Shown here: positions 11,501-23,911 of the stretch, piece after piece
How the letters are laid out: every line of letters begins with the position of its first letter
How positions within the stretch are numbered: the first letter of the stretch is position 1
Assembly: GCA_950097015.1 (NCBI GenBank)
Contig: CATNEN010000038.1
Coordinates: 4,278,001 to 4,342,000, forward strand
DNA: 64,000 bases
Source: Macrostomum hystrix
Lineage: Eukaryota > Animalia > Platyhelminthes
Direction of reading: 5' to 3'
Program-made: the position numbers and the translations under genes
Notes under the pieces: model-generated
What the model was told of the DNA's origin: nothing
Database searches by the model: none
What the model saw: only the letters and a program-made list of their open reading frames with translations

Positions 11501-13841
11501 CCCAGATCCTCAGATTGTGGTCATAATCATCCCAGATCCTCAGAATGTTGTCATAATCAACCCAGATCCTCAGATTGTTGTCATAATCATCCCAGATCCT
11601 CAGATTGTGGTCATAATCATCCCAGATCCTCAGATTGTGGTCATAATCAACCCAGATCCTCAGATTGTGGTCATAATCATCCCAGGTCCTCAGATTGTGG
11701 TCATAATCAACCCAGATCCTCAGATTGTGATCATAATCATGCCAGATCCTCAAATTGTGGCTATTATCTTCCCAGATCCTCAGATTGTGGTCATAATCAT
11801 CCCAGATCCTCAGATTGTGGTCATAATCATCCCAGATCCTCAGAATGTTGTCATAATCAACCCAGATCCTCAGATTGTTGTCATAATCATCCCAGATCCT
11901 CAGATTGTGGTCATAATCATCCCAGATCCTCAGATTGTGGTCATAATCATCCCAGATCCTCAGATTGTTGTCATAATCATCCCAGATCCTCAGATTGTTG
12001 TCATAATCATCCCAGATCCTCAGATTGTTGTCATAATCATCCCAGATCCTCAGATTGTTGTCATAATCATCCCAGATCCTCAGATTGTGGTCATAATCAT
12101 CCCAGATCCTCAGATTGTGGTCATAATCAACCCAGATCCTCAGATTGTGGTCATAATCATCCCAGATCCTCAGATTGTGGTCATAATCAACCCAGATCCT
12201 CAGATTGTGGTCATAATCAACCCAGATCCTCAGATTGTGGTCATTATCTTCCCAGATCCTCAGATTGTGGTCATAATCATCCCAGATCCTCAGATTGTGG
12301 TCATTATCTTCCCAGATCCCAAATTGTGGTCATAATAATCGCTCACGCCCTCAGCAAGGCCAAGTGAGGCCCAAAGTCTCATTATATCGCTATTTGAACT
12401 CACGTTCCCATGCAGAGATCCCGAGCTATCGGACTACACAGCCCAGGCCGTAACCTCAGCTGTGAAAGAATTCAACCAGAAGGCTCCACTACGTCAGCAT
12501 CAGCAGTCGTCGCAGGCCAATGGTGCATCTGGCGGCGCAGCAGGTGGTTTTACCATAGACGAAACTGACGAAGTAGACGGAGAGGGCGATGATAGCGAGG
12601 AGGAAGCTGAAGCCTACCTGGGCAGTCAGGGACAGTCTGGCATTGTTAATTCTGCATTTTCTGCCGATCCTGGAGACACCGATGCTCAAGGAGTGAGTAG
12701 CTGCTGCTCAATTAGCAGTTATTATGTTATTTTCATTTTTTAAATATGCTTATACATAATAAGCTTGTAAATTCATTAGAAAGTAAAACCCTTACGCGAC
12801 AACTTTCTAAAGTACATTCAGTAGCATAAGTAGGTAATTTTTCACGATGTCTTAATTTTCCTCGCAAATCAGATTGGCCTACCTGGCGAAGTACAAATGG
12901 AGTCGCTAGTCAGCCATGTGCAAGACATCTTTCCCGACATCGGTTCCGGATTCATCAAGGTAAAAAATTGTTACATTTTTACATATTTTACTTATTACCT
13001 GAGGTCCTGAGCTCGAATCTGCTAACCTACCTTGAGCTTAATTATCGAGCTGCTAATTAAGCTCGATAATGCCCACCTGGGATGAACCCACCCTCAGGAA
13101 TGCCTTCGCCACTACTCATTCGACCCTGAGCGCCTCATCAACGCCTTGCTGGAAGACTCTCTGCCGCCCTCGCTGAACAGTCTCGACCGGAAACTCCTCA
13201 CGGCACCGTTCGAGGCGGCTGCGGCTGCGGCTGCGGCTGCGGCTGCGGCTGCGGCCTCGCGAGCTACCAGGCCAGGCGACGAGTTCGACTTCAGCCGGCC
13301 GGAGCAGTTGAATCGCGACGTCTTGCGCGGTCGCATCCACCGGGGCAAGCGGGAGACCGCCGGTCCCGCCGAGGAGGCCGCCTTTCGGCAGGACGCCAAA
13401 ATGCGCGAATGGCTGGCCGACTGGGAGAGGCGCCTGCGCGACACGGAGGAGGCGGAGGCCGAGGCGCAGGCCATCGCCGAGGCCGAGGCTGCCAACGCCG
13501 CCGCCGCCGCAGCCGCCGCCGCAGCTGAAGCGATGGCCTACGAGGATGAGTACGATGACACCTACGATGGTGCAGCGATGGCGCCGGATGCGGCTGGAAG
13601 TGACGATGAAGAGCAACGATCGCGACACGGGCGGCAGCAGCAGCAGCAGCCAACGGAGCAGCCTCAGTCTCAGCAGGAGTTTCGGCAGAATCGTGATGTT
13701 CGCGGTACCGGGCGTCGCGGTCGAGGCCAGACCCACCAGGTGGTACATAATCGGCAGGTGAAAGAGCGCGACAAGGCCTGGCGCTCCAATCACAATAGGC
13801 GGCAAATGAGCGACAGAAAACAGGCTGGCGGCATGTTCTGA
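8510..13841 (+). CDS. ASCC2: Activating signal cointegrator 1 complex subunit 2 (CUE-domain protein)
   Basis: Exons 8510-8641, 9029-9367, 9950-10476, (probable small exon near 10.6 kb, unresolved), 11192-11393, 12416-12692, 12873-12959, 13098-13841. ASCC2 hallmarks: LLRLPHWRFWCQ..LDSFLRLAPRWYD..LRLSTHRES; PRLLDICALY; CUE domain VSHVQDIFPDIGSGFIKECLRHYSFDPERLINALLEDSLP; YEDEYDDTYD; C-terminal NHNRRQMSDRKQAGGMF. Confidence 0.92.
8710..9005. repeat. 21-bp minisatellite in ASCC2 intron 1
   Basis: Tandem CTGTCTCACCCTACCTTCCCA. Confidence 0.95.
9430..9700 (+). mobile_element. tRNA-derived CORE-like SINE (copy 2, in ASCC2 intron 2)
   Basis: TAGCCTAGTGGTT..GGTTCGATTC head, and the same central and 3' sequence as the reverse complement of 3300-3611. 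Confidence 0.8.
11405..12335. repeat. 30-bp minisatellite in ASCC2 intron
   Basis: Tandem CCCAGATCCTCAGATTGTGGTCATAATCAT. Confidence 0.95.
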
Positions 13842-14024
13842 CTGACCTGCTTTCTGGCTTCGACATAGTAAAAATTTGTGATTTCTCGTGTACTGACTAA
13901 GACTATATTTTTAGATCAATTGTCAATGAGGTCAATGAGCTAACCATTGATTTTCATACCTGGCGGCACGCTCTTTGCACGATCTAAATGGGGTCAATGG
14001 CGAATCATTACTAGACGGCATCTA

Positions 14025-14240
14025 CCTGGAAGTGAGGTAGTTAAAGCGAATCATACTTGGTGGCATGCTCTTTGATCTATCTGGAGTGAGGTAGTTAAAG
14101 CGAATCATACCTGGCGGCATGCTCTTTGATCTATCTGGAGTGAGGTAGTTAAAGCGAATCATACCTTGCGGCATGCTCTTTGATCTATCTGGAGTGAGGT
14201 AGTTAAAGCGAATCATACCTGGCGGCATGCTCTTTGATCT
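14025..14240. repeat. Tandem repeat (about 54 bp x 4) downstream of ASCC2
   Basis: Units ATCTGGAGTGAGGTAGTTAAAGCGAATCATACCTGGCGGCATGCTCTTTGATCT. Confidence 0.9.
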
Positions 14241-14859
14241 CGCAAAATTATAATTGATATAAAATTGTTCTATTTTGTGGTTTTCAAGTCTATATTGAAG
14301 CTTCAATGCAGGTATACTTTGGGTAGGCTAAAGTTCGATCTGTTGTCATTTTTATGTCATTCTTTGGTGATGGATCGAAAGGCAATTTTTTAATTTGCAC
14401 TTTTATTGCTAGAAAGATTTCTTGTGTATTATTTTTGTCTGAGCTTACTGCCGCTCGATTGTCTAGAAAGCGATTGCGATTGATCGGTTCCTGTTTCGGT
14501 GGCACGTGCGGCTGCTTTTCAAGGTGAAGTAAATAAATAGTAGAGAGACTATGCGGCATTCGTTTCTTGCATTGCTTTGGATTACTGAGTGCATGGCCAA
14601 CACGTACGAGCTAAACTTTGGATAAATAAAAATAAATGAATAGATAAACCGCGATAGATAAACTGATAATTCAGCGTTAACTTTGTCTCGTCATCATGAG
14701 GATCTAGCACTATGTCAATCGTGTATTTACTTTTTAACTAAACTAAAACAAAATCGTCTATCTTCTCAGTTTTTTACGAACTTCTCAGAAGCTCTGAGAC
14801 GCGCGTAGACTACTGCTGAGATTCTTAAGCTTGCGTCCACCCCTGCTTCGATTCTGCGT

Positions 14860-15450
14860 GTAGCTCTTGCTGCGATTCTAAAGGCGGCTTCTGCTGCGAT
14901 TCCACCTGTATCATAGCTCTTGCTCCGACTCCTGCTGCGATTCCGCCTTTATCATTGCCCTTGCTGCGATTCTAAAGGCGGCTTCTGCTGCGATTCCACC
15001 TGTATCATAGCTCTTGCTCCGACTCTTGCTTCGACTCCTGCTGCGATCCCGCCTTTATCATTGCTCTTGCTGCGATTCTAAAGGCGGCTTCTGCTGCGAT
15101 TCCACCTGTATCATAGCTCTTGCTCCGACTCCTGCTGCGATTCCGCCTTTATCATTGCCCTTGCTGCGATTCTAAAGGCGGCTTCTGCTGCGATTCCACC
15201 TGTATCATAGCTCTTGCTCCGACTCCTGCTGCGATTCCGCCTTTATCATTGCCCTTGCTGCGATTCTAAAGGCGGCTTCTGCTGCGATTCCACCTGTATC
15301 ATAGCTCTTGCTCCGACTCCTGCTGCGATTCCGCCTTTATCATTGCTCTTGCTGCGATTCTAAGGCGGCTCCTGCTGCGATTCCGCCTTTATCATTGCTC
15401 TTGCAGCGTTTTTAACGTGGCTCCTGCTGCGATTCTACCTGTATCATAGC
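14860..15450. repeat. Higher-order tandem repeat built on CTGCTGCGATTC subunits
   Basis: Repeating unit of roughly 90 bp with recurring GCTGCGATTC. Confidence 0.9.
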
Positions 15451-16107
15451 TCTAGTCTAGTTCTACTCGTTCAGACACTTGGCCTTTTCTGCGACAGCAA
15501 GCAGAACAATGAACGCTAAGATTATCTGTATATGCCATTTGTATCTTCACCATAATTCATAATCCAAATTCTGTAATTATCAAACAAACAGTAGTTCTGC
15601 TTGTGCGCAAATTCCTGATTTTTCTCGTTAGTCCAATAAGTCTGCATGATTGTAATGCTCGACCTGCTCGACCTGCTCTGTGCAATGTGGGAATTGCATA
15701 GGATTCGGGCAGATATGGTTGGTTTAAATAGATTAATTATTTTCTAGCTGAGTTTATTCTCTGCCTATTATTTACTGACCCCTTTGCTACAGCTAGCTGG
15801 AGCACGAGAGTGTACGCGTGTATCAGCTAGGAATTCGGAATCGCACACAATGACTCACTCGAATGCAGGATTGGTGAGAGACTTGAAGCAGCATAGCAGC
15901 ATTTCTCTAGAAAAAATGTGGCTGTACAATTTGTTACTTTCAATTTCTCAACATTGCTTCGCTGCTTTACAGTCTTACTTACTGCAATGCTCATTTCTGT
16001 ACTCTTCTGTGGATTAATTCTAGACCCTTGAAATTCGCCGCTCTTCGCGTACGCTTTTAACAAGTTGACTCTGTTCTCTCAACAGTTTTTAATATCCCAG
16101 ACATTCG

Positions 16108-17110
16108 TCCCAGATCCTCAGGTTGAGATGGAACCCTACCAGATCCTCAGGTTGAGATGGAACCCTCCCAGATCCTCAGGTTGAGATGGAACCCTCCCAG
16201 ATCCTCAGGTTGAGATGGAACCCTCCCAGATCCTCAGGTTGAGATGGAACCCTCCCAGATCCTCAGGTTGAAATGGAACCCTCTCAGATCCTCAGGTTGA
16301 GATGGAACCCTCCCAGATCCTCAGGTTGAGATGGAACCCTCCCAGATCCTCAGATTGAGATGGAACCCTCCCAGATCCTCAGGTTGAGATAGAACCCTCC
16401 CAGATCCTCAGGTTGAGATGGAACCCTCCCAGATCCTCAGGTTGAGATGGAACCCTCCCAGATCCTCAGGTTGAGATGGAACCCTCCCAGATCCTCAGGT
16501 TGAGATAGAACCCTCACAGATCCTCAGGTTGAGATGGAACCCTCCCAGATCCTCAGGTTGAGATGGAACCCTCCCAGATCCTCAGGTTGAGATAGAACCC
16601 TCCCAGATCCTCAGGTTGAGATGGAACCCTCCCAGATCCTCAGGTTGAGATAGAACCCTCACAGATCCTCAGGTTGAGATGGAACCCTCCCAGATCCTCA
16701 GGTTGAGATGGAACCCTCCCAGATCCTCAGGTTGAGATAGAACCCTCCCAGATCCTCAGGTTGAGATGGAACCCTCCCAGATCCTCAGGTTGAGATGGAA
16801 CCCTCCCAGATCCTCAGGTTGAGATGGAACCCTCCCAGATCCTCAGGTTGAGATGGAACCCTCTCAGATCCTCAGGTTGAGATGGAACCCTCCCAGATCC
16901 TCAGGTTGAGAAGGAACCCTTTCAGATCCTGAGGTTGAGAAGGAACCCTCCCAGATCCTCAGGTTGAGATGGAACCCTCCCAGATCCTCAGGTTGAGATG
17001 GAACCCTCCCAGATCCTCAGGTTGAGAAGGAACCCTTTCAGATCCTGAGGTTGAGAAGGAACCTTTCCAGATCCTCAGGTTGAGAAGGAACCCTTCCAGA
17101 TCCTCTGGTT
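16108..17110. repeat. 29-bp minisatellite
   Basis: Tandem CCCAGATCCTCAGGTTGAGATGGAACCCT. Confidence 0.95.
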
Positions 17111-18128
17111 GGAACACAGCAAGTTTTGGTGTGAAAACATGTTCCCCAAGTGCACAAAACTGAAATTGAACTGAAATTGAAATGAAAATTTAACTGAATT
17201 GAAATTAACTGAAATTCTCTAAACTGACTGAGAAAATTTCAAGCGCTTGCATGCCTATGCCCACAATGCCTACTGATTAAACTGGTCTAAGTTAGGCTAG
17301 GGATTTTGGTAAAGGAATGTGCGCTGCGAGACGGTCTGACGTACATTTTCAAACACAACAAAGATAGCTCGTACTCGACGTGTATTGGATCGATCTAAAT
17401 CGATCATGCTACTGCAGAAAGTGTACAATGCAATATAACGGATTTGGCTATTGGTGGCAGACATTGAATCATTGTTAACGCTCTCTGATTAAACACAGTT
17501 CAGTAAAGGCTAGAGGGAGCATTTATTAGGAGCCCTTCCTTTCCTAAAATTTCTGAGCCAGTCTAATAATGCTTGGACTACTAACTATACTCTCGACTGT
17601 GTTGTAGAAGACGGCAGGAAGGAAGGACAGGGACAAATGGGGTTCGGGTAGCCTAAAATTCAGTCCTCAAATGCGTGATATGCCGACCCGCAACCCTCTG
17701 TCCAAAATCGCTCCTTCACTCCCTTGGGGGAAGGTTCATTGATTCTAGATCAGTTCCGGTCTAGGGGTGTGCAGGCCCAGGCCAACCACCCCACCGCCAT
17801 TTTGGCTCAAAACACACCCACCACCTCCCTCAACGTCAAGCCGCCTCGTAAACTTTTCACTGCGGGGCCTGGCGGACTGAGATAATGAAAGGGGCTGTTG
17901 CTTTTCGTCTACAAATGCGTTTCGTTTCGGTTTTTTATCAGTTCCGCAGCGCGTGACCTGCGACAACCCCACAGAATCGACAGCCACCCCAAACCCCTTA
18001 GCGGGCCAATCAGCAGCGATAGCTAAAACAGTGTCGAGAAAATTGACGAAGAGAAGGCTATTTAAGCTAGAATTTGTGTTCAGTAAATTTCAATCTGGGA
18101 AGTCACATTCACGAAATACACAGGTTTT

Positions 18129-20255
18129 ATGAACACAAAAATGAGCCTTTTTATAAACGCTTGTCTAGCGGCGCTTCTATCGTCCACGGTGGCAATCAAC
18201 GGCCAAGCGTTGTCAAAGAATAATGGTTCCGCGGAGCGACTTCTGCAGACGGTCATGGCCTCGCCTGTCGGTGGCATTGCTCAATTAGGCGGCCTAGTTG
18301 AGATCGCTTGTCGCGTACTTCGTCAAGACGACGTTGTCATGGTGAAGCTGCTAAAGCTGTCGCTGAGTCTGGATGGGTCAGACAGCGGCAAGGAGGAGGT
18401 GTTCACAGCAAGCGGCGGCCGGCAGAAGCTGCAAAGTCCGTGGGACGCCAGGCAGGACCTGAGCTTCAATGGGTCCGGCTTGTCGGTGCGATTCAACATG
18501 TCCCAGTCTGACGAGGGTCGATTCCGCTGCGACGCGGTCACTCTGGACGGTCAGTTGCCTGGCAACGCCTTGCAACTGCTGACTCTCCAGCGGCCGTCGG
18601 CACCGGGGCTTCTGTTTGACGGCCGAGAGGCTGGGCCCGGAAGGCTGGAGGCTGTGATTGGGGACAGCTTGACTGTGAGTGAATACTTAGTTAACTAAAA
18701 AACAATGTCCCTATTTTAAGATACGAACTATTTTTGGATTTCTGATTGTAATAATCGAGTGGCAATGAGTACAGGGCTGCCATATTCAGCCAAAGGCCAA
18801 ACCACACCCTGTCACCCAGACACCGACACTGCTCACCCAGACACCAACACCGCACACTCAGAGTCCAGACACACCCACGTCCAGACACCAACATCTCACA
18901 CCCAGACACAGACACCCAACGTCCAGACACCAACATACCACCCCAAGACACAGGGTCAAACCACACCCAGTCATCTTATTGATTAACTTATTAATTCCAG
19001 GTGAACTGCAGCGCCAATGTTGGCAAGCCGGCCGGCGACCTTCGTCTGATATTCGCTCCGTCGGGCCAGGGCTCCGCGGAACGTGACATTGCCGGCGTGA
19101 CCAACATCTCCTGGACTGGCCCCATCCAGAGTGGCAACCGCACAGTGTCCACCATCTTCAAGAGCGCCGCTGTCACAGTCAAGATCGAGGAGCAGCACCA
19201 GAATGGCAGCTTTGTCTGCCGACTCACCCCAAGTCCCATGGCTGCAGAGGCCAACGAGACTTCCACACCTGCTGGACACGCAACCTCTGCCTCGGATTTG
19301 ACCGCGCGTAGTACCACAGTCTGGGCGCTCTTTGCGGTGAGGGACGAGTAAACCATGCGTCACCTTGACCCACATCCATTCTCACCTTGACCCACATCCA
19401 TTCTCACCTTGACCCACATCCATTCTCACCTTGACCCACATCCATTCTCACCTTGACCCACATCCATTCTCGCCTTGACCCACATCCATTCTCGCCTTGA
19501 CCCACATCCATTCTCACCTTGACCCACATCCATTCTCACCTTGACCCACATCTAATCTCACACTGACCCACATCTCCATCTCCCATGTCCAGGTGAGCAA
19601 CATTCGCATGGAGCCGTTTCGCGAGAACTTCTTTCACGGCGACTACCTGGAATGCCTGGCTGATGGCAGGCCGCAGCCGGACATCCGCTGGAGCCGCATT
19701 CAAGGCGTCGGCCAGTTGGCTGTCAACGGCTCCCGACTGCTCATGTCGCAGGGCGCGGCGCCCGGTTACTATTCGTTCACCTGCTCGGCAACCAACACGG
19801 TGAAGGGCCGCACCCACCAGCTGCTGCAGTCCATCGGCTTCAATCTGCACAACAGGACGGTTGCTGATCAGGGTTCTGACGGTGGCGTCTCCGGCGGCAG
19901 CGTCACCGGCCGGGTGAAGACCTGGGTGACGCATCATCAGCACGGACTGACCATCGTGCTCATCAGCGTCTCGGTGCTGGCCGGCCTCGCCCTAATCGGC
20001 GCCCTGATTATCTGCTTCTGCGGCGGCGGCGGCTACAGGCGTCTCTCCGGCGCCAAGTCGCAGCACCACGGCAGCGTTCGCGACAGGATGCGCTACTACG
20101 GCGAGCTGGGCGACACCGTCATCGAATCAAGCGACGAGGAGGACGAGGACGGCTACCACCTGGGCGGCTCCAGGCAGCTGCTCGGAGGCGCCAAACAGCC
20201 GCCAGGCGAGAACGGAAGCGCCCCCGCCGCTGAGTGGAATGGCACCCAGGTGTAA
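18129..20255 (+). CDS. Immunoglobulin-superfamily type I membrane protein (three Ig-like domains, PDZ-binding tail)
   Basis: Phase-0 exons 18129-18674, 19001-19336, 19593-20255. Signal peptide; Ig motifs (VEIAC..SDEGRFRC; VNCSANVGKPA..QNGSFVC; LECLADGRPQPDIRW..GYYSFTCSATN); TM helix IVLISVSVLAGLALIGALIICFC; ends ..WNGTQV*. Confidence 0.85.
19360..19570. repeat. 22-bp minisatellite in Ig-gene intron 2
   Basis: Tandem CTCACCTTGACCCACATCCATT. Confidence 0.95.
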
Positions 20256-20449
20256 CCAGCTGGAGCTGCAGATGGGGAGTGGTTTGGACTGTCAGACCGG
20301 CTTCAAACAGACCATTGTTTCTGCATCTGGTGAAGGATTTAAGCCTTCGAGGAAATTAAGAATAATTCAATACTTATTCATGAAGCTCTACTGAATTTTG
20401 CATTCCAACGTTTTTAGAACTTCATATTCAAACATGCTCATTCCGAGAA

Positions 20450-20900
20450 TTTCTCAATACCAGAATTTCACATTCCCAGAATTTCTCAATACCAGAATTC
20501 CACATTCCCAGAATTTTACATTCCCAGAATTCACATTCCCAGAATTTCACATTCCCAGAATTTCACATTCCCAGAATTTCACAGTCCTAAAGTTTTACAC
20601 CCCAAACTTTTATATTCCCAGAATTACAAATTTTCTGTGTTTTACATGCCCAGAATATCACATTCCTTGAATTTCACATTCCCAGAATATCACATTCCCA
20701 GAATTTCACATTCCCAGAATTTCACATTCCCAGAATATCACATTCCCAGAATATCACAGTCCTAAAGTTTTACACCCCAAACTTTTATATTCCCAGAATT
20801 ACAAATTTTGTGTTTTACATGCCCAGAATATCACATTCCTTGAATTTCACATTCCCAGAATTTCACATTCCCAGAATATCACATTCCCAGAATATCACAT
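20450..20900. repeat. 17-bp minisatellite
   Basis: Tandem CAGAATTTCACATTCCC with a larger internal duplication. Confidence 0.9.
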
Positions 20901-21547
20901 TTTCTGAGTTTTTAATTCTCAAGATTTCACACTCATGCAATCAGTTTGTCATTTAACTACTATTTTTCACATTTGCAAATTCTTAATCTAGAAAGTTAAA
21001 AAGGAATTTTCAATGCTGAATTCTGTTATGTTTACAATTATGTCAAGGGCTATAGCTAGCGTGAAGAAGTACTTTTGTCTTCCATAAATTAGTTTTTTGT
21101 TTATCGTTTAGGAACAGAACTCCATAACAGTCTCTAATTCGATTTTCTGTATTTTTTCTGGCTTCTTACTAAAAGCCAAGATCGTGCGCTTGTCACTCTA
21201 CTTACGAGTAGGGTAATATCAGTAGTATCTACATCAGTTGCTTTGACCGCTTGTTTTGCTGTCCAATTGTCCTACATTGCATTCGATGTTCAGTTTATTC
21301 CGATTTTCCCCGTTTGGACTGCAGCTGGGGAATAAATTCTTCTCTTGGTTGAACAGGTAGTCAGTAAATAAATATCTGTTGTCTATAATTCCGCGCAATC
21401 TATCCCTATTTATTGCATTGTTCGAGCTACTTCTGTTGTGCCTTTAGCTTGCATGAAGGGCTTTCGTCACAGAGGTTTTTTAACCCTAAACTATTCACTG
21501 TCAGTTTGAATCCCTAACCTTCCGTAGGTCCGTAGACTGGGTGCTCA

Positions 21548-22060
21548 CCTGTTAGACAGGGCCCTAGCCTGTTAGACAGGGCTCTAGCCTGTTAGACAGG
21601 GCACTAAACTGTTAGACAGGCCCCTAACCTGTTAGACAGGGCACTAACCTGTTAGACAGGGCTCTAAACTGTTAGACAGGGCACTAACCTGTTAGACAGG
21701 GCTCTAAACTGTTAGACAGGGCACTAAACTGTTAGACAGGCCCCTAACCTGTTAGACAGGGCACTAAACTGTTAGACAGGCCCCTAACCTGTTAGACAGG
21801 GCTCTAAACTGTTAGACAGGGCACTAAACTGTTAGACAGGCCCCTAACCTGTTAGACAGGGCACTAAACTGTTAGACAGGCCCCTAACCTGTTAGACAGG
21901 GCTCTAAACTGTTAGACAGGGCACTAACCTGTTAGACAGGGCACTAACCTGTTAGACAGGGCTCTAAACTGTTAGACAGGGCACTAACCTGTTAGACAGG
22001 GCTCTAAACTGTTAGACAGGCCCCTAACCTGTTAGACAGGGCTCTAAACTGTTAGACACG
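21548..22060. repeat. 20-bp minisatellite
   Basis: Tandem CTGTTAGACAGGGCACTAAC and variants. Confidence 0.95.
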
Positions 22061-22689
22061 GTAGGTAAGCACTCGCCTCTATTTTCGGTAGGTCAGGTTG
22101 AGCACTAATTTTTCCTTTGTAAATGGGATATCTGGTTTAGTTATCCCATTCTGATTAGTAGGAACAATTCTGAGACTGATTGCTAATTTCAAATTTCCCC
22201 TATTGGGTTTGTTTGAACCAGCCTAGGAAGTAAAACGTACAGTTTTCATCTCTGTGAACTATTAGGAACTTTTTGTTTTCTTAAAATCTTGTGATCCTTA
22301 GATGCGACCAAAATAGAACAGACAACATCGCCAGTTTTCACAGTAGCTTCATTGAAATTCCATTGTAGATTGTTGTGTTCTCCACGTAACATTGTTGCAA
22401 CAATGATGTCTTGCTGCACGCTCAGATAAAATCATTGTTGCACGCTTCTAATGGTAGCTGCCTGTGGGTTAAACGCTCCGAAAACCATTTTGTACCTGTG
22501 CAGATTGGGTTTATCGTGTAACAAATGTTAATGACATCTGTCACAATCATACAGGCACACACACAGGTGCAGTGTACATCTGCACTGACTTTCTCATCGT
22601 CAGGCAGTGTACACTCTCACTTTGCCCTCGTGAGCCTAGATTGAACGACCAACACCCAAGCATTCTCTATTCTAAAGTCTCAAGTCTAA

Positions 22690-23530
22690 TCTCACACTCG
22701 TCATATCTCACCCTCGTATCATCTCACCCTCGTCTCATCTCACACTCGTATCAACTCACTCTCGTCTCATCTCACACTCGTATCATCTCACCCTCGTATC
22801 ATCTCACTCTCGTATCATCTCACACTCGTATCATCTCACCCTCGTCTTATCTCACACTCGTCTCATCTCACACTCGTATCATCTCACTCTCGTCTCATCT
22901 CACACTCGTCTCATCTCACACTCGTATCAACTCACTCTCGTATCATCTCACCCTCGTCTCATCTCCCCTCGTCTCATCTCACACTAGTCTCATCTCACAC
23001 TCGTCTCATCTCACACTCGTATCATCTCAATGTCGTCTCGTCTCACACTCGTCTCATCTCACACTCGTCTCATCTCACACTCGTATCAATTCACTCTCGT
23101 CTCATCTCACACTTGTCTCATCTCCCCTCGTCATATCTCACACTCGTCTCATCTCACACTCGTCTCATCTCACACTCGTCTCATCTCACACTCGTCTCAT
23201 CTCACACTCGTCATATCTCACACTCGTCTCGTCTCACACTCGTCTCATCTCCCCTCGTCATATCTCACACTCGTCTCATCTCACACTCGTCTCATCTCAC
23301 ACTCGTCTCATCTCACACTCGTCTCATCTCACACTCGTCTCATCTCACACTCGTCTCATCTCACACTCGTCTCATCTCACACTCGTCTCATCTCACACTC
23401 GTCATATCTCACACTCGTCTCATCTCACACTCGTCTCATCTCCCCTCGTCATATCTCACTCGTCTCATCTCACACTCGTCTCATCTCACACTCGTCTCAT
23501 CTCACACTCGTCTCATCTCACACTCGTCTT
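22690..23530. repeat. 16-bp minisatellite
   Basis: Tandem TCACACTCGTCTCATC. Confidence 0.95.
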
Positions 23531-23839
23531 CAGCAAAACATTTTAGTGTGTCATGCACGCCCTTGCTTAGACTTGAATAACAGAGAGTACTTTTCTTCTA
23601 GACGATAATTTTGTGGGGCTAAAAACAGACCATGGAGGAGGGGGGAGTTCGTACACTGAGATCCAAGGATTGAAAGGGTGACCTGCAGTGCTGGCCAATG
23701 TCTATATATGTACATTCTTCCGATTGCATTGTGCGCATTAACTTCCATTTTTGGAAGTGCCAGTAGCAAAGGGGTAGAGAAAAAGAAGAGAGAGAGACGG
23801 CGCTCCAGCGTGGTGTTCTCAAGCGAAGTACGGAACAAG

Positions 23840-23849
23840 TATATAAATA
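23840..23849 (+). promoter_or_regulatory. Candidate TATA box of the P450 gene
   Basis: TATATAAATA about 65 nt upstream of the ATG at 23912. Confidence 0.55.
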
Positions 23850-23911
23850 GGCAAAACAGCTCTGAAAGATTTCACAAGCTCACTAGAACAAAACTCGATT
23901 CAGACGACAAG

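Noticed and set aside
11427-12335. 302-aa PDPQIVVIII ORF
   Set aside because: 30-bp satellite inside a GT-AG intron of ASCC2.
14025-14240. TGAGGTAGT (let-7 5' end) in each repeat unit
   Set aside because: Only 9 nt match and no precursor hairpin. It is in the same sense as the ASCC2 transcript, so it is not a target site.
16108-17110. CRISPR-like regular repeats here and elsewhere
   Set aside because: Head-to-tail units without unique spacers, no cas genes, eukaryotic context.
23678-23911. N-terminal extension of the P450 ORF
   Set aside because: Lies upstream of a TATA box; the membrane anchor begins at ATG 23912.
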